A stretch of DNA of 64,000 bases, taken from the NCBI GenBank assembly GCA_050013655.1, contig JBEKEV010000012.1, positions 6,533 through 70,532 on the forward strand. Direction: 5' to 3'. The notes under the pieces were generated by a model. The model ran no database searches and was not told the origin of the DNA. It worked only from the letters and a program-made list of their open reading frames with translations. This document shows, one piece after another, positions 58,497 through 64,000 of this stretch. The stretch is from Bacteroidota bacterium (GTDB taxonomy: Bacteria; Bacteroidota; Ignavibacteria; UBA10030). The stretch's first letter is position 1, and every line of letters begins with the position of its first letter. A program made the position numbers and the translations under genes.

Positions 58497-59345
58497 TCAC
58501 TTTCGTTTCAACTGGCGGCGGATCGTCTCGAGAACTATTTCCGGACGTTCATCAAGGAAGTGGCGAGAGAATCGCCTGGCACGCTGAACTTCGTTAGAAT
58601 CAATTTCGGCGGTAATTAATCCTTCCTCTTGAAGCTTTGCGGTAGATATCATTTCCCCGCTGGGGGATGTAATGTTGGATCCGCCCCAAAAGTTTATACC
58701 GTCCTCAAATCCCACTCGATTGCTGAAAAGAATGTACACATTGAGCAGGCGAGCATAGGTACGATGATGTTCGTAGTTCACAACTTGATTATCCAGTTGC
58801 GTTCCTTCACCGGAGAGTCGAGTTGGACTCGCTGTAAGGCAGAGAATAAATTCTGCACCATCGAGCGCCAGCAAGTACGGAAGGGATATATGCCAGAGAT
58901 CTTCGCAGATAAGCATTCCGAAACGGCCTAACTTTGAATCGAACGCAACGACATTCTTTCCATTCCCGAAGTAGCGTCCTTCTTCAAACATTCCGTATGT
59001 CGGAGGATAAATTTTTCGATGAATGTGCTTGATCTCACCATCTTCTAAGAACATCGCACTGTTATAAATTCCATGGTTCGAACCGCTTTCTACAAATCCA
59101 ACGATGATAGAAATTTCCCGGCTCTTTTGCAGCAAAGGAGCGATAGTTTTATTTCGATGAGGATTGATCGCGACATCCCATGCCAAGTCGCGTAATGTAT
59201 ATCCTGTGACACTGAGTTCCGGAAAAAGAATAAGCTGCGCCCCCCCGGCAATCGCGCGGTCGATGAATTCGAGATGGTGCGCGAGGTTCTTGTCAACAGC
59301 TCCGACACGGCAATCGATCTGCGCTATTGCAGCTTTGAACTTCAT
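58497..59345 (-). CDS. carbon-nitrogen hydrolase (nitrilase superfamily; resembles NAD synthetase glutaminase domain)
   Basis: Catalytic triad FPEL, HRK and ICEDLW; PTYGMFEEGRYF motif. Confidence 0.88.
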   Translation of the reverse strand: MKFKAAIAQIDCRVGAVDKNLAHHLEFIDRAIAGGAQLILFPELSVTGYTLRDLAWDVAINPHRNKTIAPLLQKSREISIIVGFVESGSNHGIYNSAMFLEDGEIKHIHRKIYPPTYGMFEEGRYFGNGKNVVAFDSKLGRFGMLICEDLWHISLPYLLALDGAEFILCLTASPTRLSGEGTQLDNQVVNYEHHRTYARLLNVYILFSNRVGFEDGINFWGGSNITSPSGEMISTAKLQEEGLITAEIDSNEVQRARRFSRHFLDERPEIVLETIRRQLKRK

Positions 59346-59381
59346 CGTTGTTGGAGGAATGATGAACGAACCCGAAACACA

Positions 59382-59837
59382 TTAATGCACATGCACATCA
59401 TTCGGAAGTTCGTTTGTGTCGTTCGCTTTCCGCGGGAAGAATCGAGAAAGGATTCTGCCGACTGCCTGAACGCCATGGATCAGTCCCTGATGAAAATTTT
59501 TCTTTGAGAAGTGAGAAGACATTTCTTCAGCAATTTTAGTCCATGTAGCTTCTTCAACCTTGGTGTGAATGCCTTCATCAGCAAGGATAAAAAACTTCCT
59601 TTCGTCCATCAAGAGAAAGATCAAAATGCCCGTGTGATCCTTGGTCTTAGTCATCCCAAGGTCATGAAACTCCCGCCGCGCCATCTCTTCGATGCTCAGT
59701 TTTTTCTCCCGCCAGCGACGTTTCTGGCGAATGCTGACGCGAATTTCTCCGGCAGTTGTCTTTTCCGCTTCACTGATCGCTGCTGCAATAGCGGCAAGGT
59801 CTTCTTTCGTGAATAGTTTCTTTACGAGGTTTTTCAT
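59382..59837 (-). CDS. TPM domain protein (short, soluble)
   Basis: AISEAEKTTAGEIRV, TGILIFL..DERKFFILADEGI and NELPN motifs; start set at MKNLVK. Confidence 0.9.
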   Translation of the reverse strand: MKNLVKKLFTKEDLAAIAAAISEAEKTTAGEIRVSIRQKRRWREKKLSIEEMARREFHDLGMTKTKDHTGILIFLLMDERKFFILADEGIHTKVEEATWTKIAEEMSSHFSKKNFHQGLIHGVQAVGRILSRFFPRKANDTNELPNDVHVH

Positions 59838-59850
59838 GCGGCATACTCCG

Positions 59851-60525
59851 CTACGATAAGTCAATCATCTTGATGTCTCTGATGTACTTCACTGTCTTGT
59901 CTTCTTTGAGATTTCGAAGTTTCTCCAACTTAACCTGCATCCGCGCAACATTATCCTTAATCAGATTGAGGTACTTTGCAGCTTTCTCCGGTACCTCTTT
60001 TTGTTCAATCGATGCGACAATCTTGTTCATATCTTCCAGCGGTTCGCTAATCTTTTGTGAAATATTCACAACAATTTCCTGCATCGCTTCTAAACGCTTC
60101 TTTTTGATTTCCAATTCCGTCAGCTCCTGCCTGAGTCGTCCCTTTTCGACAATCCGAAGAAGTGATTGAGGAAAAACACGGCTTGCGATATCTTTCTTGA
60201 GCAGGTAATCCTTCACACCCATTCGCATCACCTCAACGGCAAGATTCACATCCTCGCTTGTTGTAAGAAATACACTGGGAATATCATACTTCAATTCCTT
60301 CAGTTTACGAGTGAATTCTACATTACTCATTCCCGGCAGAGTATCTTCTGTGACAATGACATCCACCAACGGCTGCTGAGCAAGATACTCCAGCGCTTTT
60401 TCACCACTTTGCTGCCACACAACTTCGAATCGAGTACTCTCAAACTTTGCGAGGTAACTACCTATTACATCCGCATCGCTCTCAAGTTCATTGACATACA
60501 GTACTCGAATTGGTTTAGTATTCAT
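59851..60525 (-). CDS. atypical receiver-domain protein with degenerate HisKA-like helical tail
   Basis: REC fold from MNTKPIRVLYV (ATG 60525), with VFLT and DYLLK retained; C-terminal coiled coil and ISQKISEPL. Confidence 0.82.
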   Translation of the reverse strand: MNTKPIRVLYVNELESDADVIGSYLAKFESTRFEVVWQQSGEKALEYLAQQPLVDVIVTEDTLPGMSNVEFTRKLKELKYDIPSVFLTTSEDVNLAVEVMRMGVKDYLLKKDIASRVFPQSLLRIVEKGRLRQELTELEIKKKRLEAMQEIVVNISQKISEPLEDMNKIVASIEQKEVPEKAAKYLNLIKDNVARMQVKLEKLRNLKEDKTVKYIRDIKMIDLS

Positions 60526-60553
60526 CGTTATTCGCTTTTTAACATTTAATGAA

Positions 60554-61306
60554 TTACCAGCTGCCGGAAGCACCGCCTCCACCGGACATTCCACCGCCGC
60601 CGCTAAATCCACCGCCACTAAAACCGCCCCCGCCCCCAAATCCTCCGAATGATCCTCCTCCATAGCCCCAGCCGGAATAATAGCGATGCCCACCTGAACC
60701 AATGACAGAACGCCGTCGCGATGCCATCATGGGTAAGAGGACAAATATTCCGAACATCATTACGAGAAATACCAACCCCATGGAAACCGCGGGGGCTTTC
60801 TTCCCTCTGCTATCTGCTTGATACTCACCTTTTGTTGTCCGGATGATCGCGTCAACGCCGGTCACAATACCGCCAAAATAATTTTCTGCTTTGAAGTGCG
60901 GAAGAATTTCCTGCCGAATAATTTGCGAACATACAGCGTCTGTTAAGACACCTTCCAATCCATAGCCAACTTCGATTCTTACTTTATGGTCCTGTTTGGC
61001 AATCAAGAGCAGTACACCATTGTCCTTTTTCGCTTGACCGATCTTGTTCAATGCGAAGGTTTTGTTGGCATACTCTTCTATACTTTCCCCATCAAGAGTA
61101 TTGACCATCAGGACAACGACTTGTGTTGAAGTAGTATCCTCATAGCTTTTCAGCAGACGATCTATTTCTTGCCATTCCTGAAAACTCAGCGTATTTGTAA
61201 AATCGCTCACTCGCTGATTAAGTTTTGGAAAATTCGTCTGAGGTACAGCATAGGTGATGCATGCCAAAACCGCAAACACGAGAATAACCCAGCGTAGGTT
61301 TTTCAT
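60554..61306 (-). CDS. TPM domain membrane protein (YgcG-like) with Gly-rich tail
   Basis: KDNGVLLLIA..DHKVRIEVGYGLEGVLTD, one TM, and a GGGGMSGGGGASGSW end. Confidence 0.93.
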   Translation of the reverse strand: MKNLRWVILVFAVLACITYAVPQTNFPKLNQRVSDFTNTLSFQEWQEIDRLLKSYEDTTSTQVVVLMVNTLDGESIEEYANKTFALNKIGQAKKDNGVLLLIAKQDHKVRIEVGYGLEGVLTDAVCSQIIRQEILPHFKAENYFGGIVTGVDAIIRTTKGEYQADSRGKKAPAVSMGLVFLVMMFGIFVLLPMMASRRRSVIGSGGHRYYSGWGYGGGSFGGFGGGGGFSGGGFSGGGGMSGGGGASGSW

Positions 61307-61314
61307 AATTGCTC

Positions 61315-61920
61315 TCAAAATTTAACTTGTGGTGCTTTATCAGAGCCCTCGACAGATTGGAAATATTGTGCTTCATGGAATCCGCCGAAGCTCGCAATAA
61401 TCGTTGTCGGGAAACTTTTGATCATACTATTGAAATCTTGTACTATTTCATTAAACCGGCGGCGCTCGACAGCAATGCGATTCTCGGTACCTTCTAATTG
61501 CGATTGAAGCTCAAGAAAATTTTGATTGGATTTCAATTCAGGGTATTTTTCCACAACGACCATTAATCGTGACAATGCCGAGCTTAACCCATCCTGTGCT
61601 TTTTGAAAATTCTGGAATGCCTGTGGATTATTCAGTACTTCGGGAGTCACTTTCATCTGTCCGACACTCGCGCGTGCTTCTGTAACACCAATAAGCACTT
61701 CTTTTTCCTGCTTCGCAAAACCCTTCACTGTCTCAACGAGGTTTGGTATCAAATCGTATCGACGCTGGTATTGGTTCTCCACTTGACTCCACGCACTCTT
61801 CACGCCTTCATTTTTAGCCACAATTTTATTATAGACACCGACTCCCCATCCGATCGTTAGAAGAAGAACCAAAAGCAATCCGCCAATAATCGAAAGTGTA
61901 ATAATCAATCCTTTATTCAT
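61315..61920 (-). CDS. lemA: LemA family protein
   Basis: WSQVENQYQRRYDLIPNLVETVKG and YPELKSNQNFLELQSQLEGTENRI motifs. Confidence 0.96.
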   Translation of the reverse strand: MNKGLIITLSIIGGLLLVLLLTIGWGVGVYNKIVAKNEGVKSAWSQVENQYQRRYDLIPNLVETVKGFAKQEKEVLIGVTEARASVGQMKVTPEVLNNPQAFQNFQKAQDGLSSALSRLMVVVEKYPELKSNQNFLELQSQLEGTENRIAVERRRFNEIVQDFNSMIKSFPTTIIASFGGFHEAQYFQSVEGSDKAPQVKF

Positions 61921-61929
61921 ACTGTACTC

Positions 61930-62919
61930 CTAAAGATGAAAAAAAATCGTTTCTGAAAATACTTTTGATCGTTCCTTCAAACACTGTAACACTCGATACA
62001 CTGCGCTGCTATCTGCCGGTGCCGGCTGCCAGTTGCGAACAGAAACCGGAACTGCCTGAACTTCCATGGTATCTTTCGCAAACCGAACCTTCAATACGGC
62101 TGTTTCACTATTCGCGCTTCTTGAATTTCCGCCAAATACAAAATTGCCTAAAGAGTATGCAATGATTTTTCCGCGATATCGCTCAATTCCCTGCAGTACA
62201 TGCGGATGATGTCCCACGATCAAATCGGCACCGCCTTCGATCATTCGGTGCGCAAGGATAATCTGATTGCTATCCGGTCTCGTTTCCAATTCTTCGCCCC
62301 AATGAATATTGATAACGATAAAATCGACACGCGGCCTCAGTCTTTTGATATCCTCAAGAATAAGCCATTGACTGCGCGATGTCGTACCAGGTTGCGTTCT
62401 CGAAGCGATGAATGTTCCCTCACCGCCGTATCCCAGGAAACCGATTCGAATACCATTCACATGGAGAACAACCGGCTTTCGTGCTTCTAAAAGATTTCGC
62501 CCGATGCCCGTATGCCGGATCCCTGCCGAATCCAGCTGCTGGATTGTTTCCAGAATTCCTTCTACACCAAAATCTGCTGTATGATTGTTGGCGCAGTTGA
62601 CAATCGAAATTCCGGCGCCGCATAACTGAGAAAGATATTCCGGCTTCATTTTGAAGACAAACTCTTTCTCCATACTATCTGTAGATTGCGTTACAGCATT
62701 TTCCAGATTGACCATCATCAAATCGTATGTACCGATGCGTTGCCAACGGGCAAAGACATTGATGGGCCGGTATTGCGCAGCATATTCGAAATTGGCCGCG
62801 AAATTGAGATCACCTGCAAAGACAACTGTCGCACTGCTATCCGCTCGGTGCTGTGACCAAAGGAATCCTGGAAGAAGACAAAGAACAAATGCTCGCAGAA
62901 ATAAATTCATAAGTACCAA
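61930..62919 (-). CDS. CapA/PgsA family metallophosphoesterase-like protein
   Basis: AGDLNF, NLE, ANNHTADFG, IHWG, GHHPHVLQ and YSLGNFVF motifs. Confidence 0.9.
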   Translation of the reverse strand: MVLMNLFLRAFVLCLLPGFLWSQHRADSSATVVFAGDLNFAANFEYAAQYRPINVFARWQRIGTYDLMMVNLENAVTQSTDSMEKEFVFKMKPEYLSQLCGAGISIVNCANNHTADFGVEGILETIQQLDSAGIRHTGIGRNLLEARKPVVLHVNGIRIGFLGYGGEGTFIASRTQPGTTSRSQWLILEDIKRLRPRVDFIVINIHWGEELETRPDSNQIILAHRMIEGGADLIVGHHPHVLQGIERYRGKIIAYSLGNFVFGGNSRSANSETAVLKVRFAKDTMEVQAVPVSVRNWQPAPADSSAVYRVLQCLKERSKVFSETIFFHL

Positions 62920-63235
62920 TATTGAGCTTCAATCTGATGGTATGGTACCAAAACTTCATACCAAAAACAACTCTTCACAATCCAAAATAAAAAGGTAAAA
63001 GTACATCCCGCTGGGAGACTGCACCAATACCTACCTATATATGTTCCCTGCGTCAATATGATTTTGTATTTCTTCCTGTGTATTTAACAAATATTTGATT
63101 CCACGTAACATCTACACGTTATATAGAGAACAAAGAGGATGTTATGATCGACATAAAACATTCAACCAATGATTCCTTTGCATATCCAATGACTTGTGAG
63201 TACTTTATGATAGACAATAGAACAGGAACAGTATT

Positions 63236-63604
63236 ATGCGGATCTATCTTCGGTCGAAAATCCATAAAGCTACCATTACCGAAGCAAACCTCCATTATGT
63301 CGGCTCTATTACTATCGACGAATGCCTGATGAAACTTGCGGGACTTGCTGAGTATGAAAAAGTCCTTATTGTCGACAACACGAATGGCAACCGGCTCGAA
63401 ACCTATATTATAAAAGGGAAAAAGAATTCCGGTAGTATTGGGATAAACGGAGCTGCTGCGCATCTGGTACACAAAGGCGATGAAGTTATAATAATGTCGT
63501 TCCAGATCTCTGATCGACCCAAGAAACCCATCAACATCCTCGTCGACAAAAATAATCACTTTGTAAAACATCTGATTGAAAAGTCGGGAGTGGACGAGTG
63601 CTGA
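63236..63604 (+). CDS. panD: aspartate 1-decarboxylase
   Basis: [22 protein letters not shown] (Gly-Ser cleavage site), NGNRLETY and NGAAAH motifs. Confidence 0.96.
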   Translation: MRIYLRSKIHKATITEANLHYVGSITIDECLMKLAGLAEYEKVLIVDNTNGNRLETYIIKGKKNSGSIGINGAAAHLVHKGDEVIIMSFQISDRPKKPINILVDKNNHFVKHLIEKSGVDEC

Positions 63605-63760
63605 GAGTTATCAGATGCGGTGGTCAGTGATTGATATTTCGCTATCTCTCTATCCCCTTCAAAGGCAATAGCGATCCTTCTTAAAACAGTCGAATTTCAC
63701 TCCTTGTAATATTTCGTGAAATGTCACCACGATTCTCTCTCGATTACCGTGACTCGCATA

Positions 63761-64000
63761 TCAACTATTCATGACTTTGAGGAATTCTTTGTTCGTCTTG
63801 GTACCCCGCATTTTATCAAGCAGGAGTTCCATTGCTTCGCTGGGTTCCAAATCACTCATAAACTTGCGAAGAATCCAGACGCGATTCAAATCATCCGGTT
63901 CAAGCAGCATTTCTTCTTTGCGTGTTCCGGAGCGGTTCACATTGATTGCCGGGAAAATACGTTTATCGCTCAAGCCGCGATCGAGTACAATTTCCATATT
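63761..64000 (-). CDS. rho: transcription termination factor Rho (C-terminal part; 5' end outside the window)
   Basis: NMEIVLDRGLSDKRIFPAINVNRSGTRKEE...TKTNKEFL. Confidence 0.97.
   Translation of the reverse strand, partial: NMEIVLDRGLSDKRIFPAINVNRSGTRKEEMLLEPDDLNRVWILRKFMSDLEPSEAMELLLDKMRGTKTNKEFLKVMNS

Noticed and set aside
60526-60702. N-terminal extension of the REC protein given in the ORF track
   Set aside because: It is an alternative frame of the Gly-rich tail of the TPM gene; the ATG at 60525 starts the REC fold.
63119-63571. 150-aa minus-strand ORF
   Set aside because: Antisense shadow of panD.

Overview
A 64-kb chromosomal segment from an FCB-group bacterium, most likely Ignavibacteria/Chlorobi-like. 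This is inferred from the PGNLRAF-type EF-P, T9SS-type 'PNPFNP' C-terminal domains, BshB1, and clear Shine-Dalgarno plus TTGACA/TAnnnT promoters. Most of it is housekeeping and envelope genes on the minus strand. It contains: efp (partial); a sensor-less hybrid kinase; a ~21-kb surface-glycan region (a core block, a Phd-RelE/ParE toxin-antitoxin pair, and an AT-rich Wzx/Wzy/Wzz cassette); argS-rsfS; polA; a PspC module; secG-tRNA-Lys-rplM-rpsI-rpsB-tsf-pyrH-frr; xseAB-dxs-ribDE; bshB1; a long htpX-capA-bamD-...-ccmABCDE run; a T9SS BNR-repeat protein; a capA-lemA-TPM operon; panD; and rho (partial). I see no CRISPR array, prophage, integrase or intact IS. The best candidates for unexplained biology are: (i) a doubly degenerate pseudo-receiver/pseudo-HisKA gene inside the lemA-TPM-TPM operon; (ii) a GT2 fused to an apparently catalytically dead phosphoglycosyl-transferase domain, near an intact one; (iii) a secreted zincin translationally coupled to a ccmABCDE set with a Cys-type CcmE; (iv) an EF-P with no modifiable Lys/Arg at the usual loop-tip position; and (v) a chimeric ORF6N relic plus several REP-like palindrome families. 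All product calls rest on motif recognition by eye; no database searches were run.
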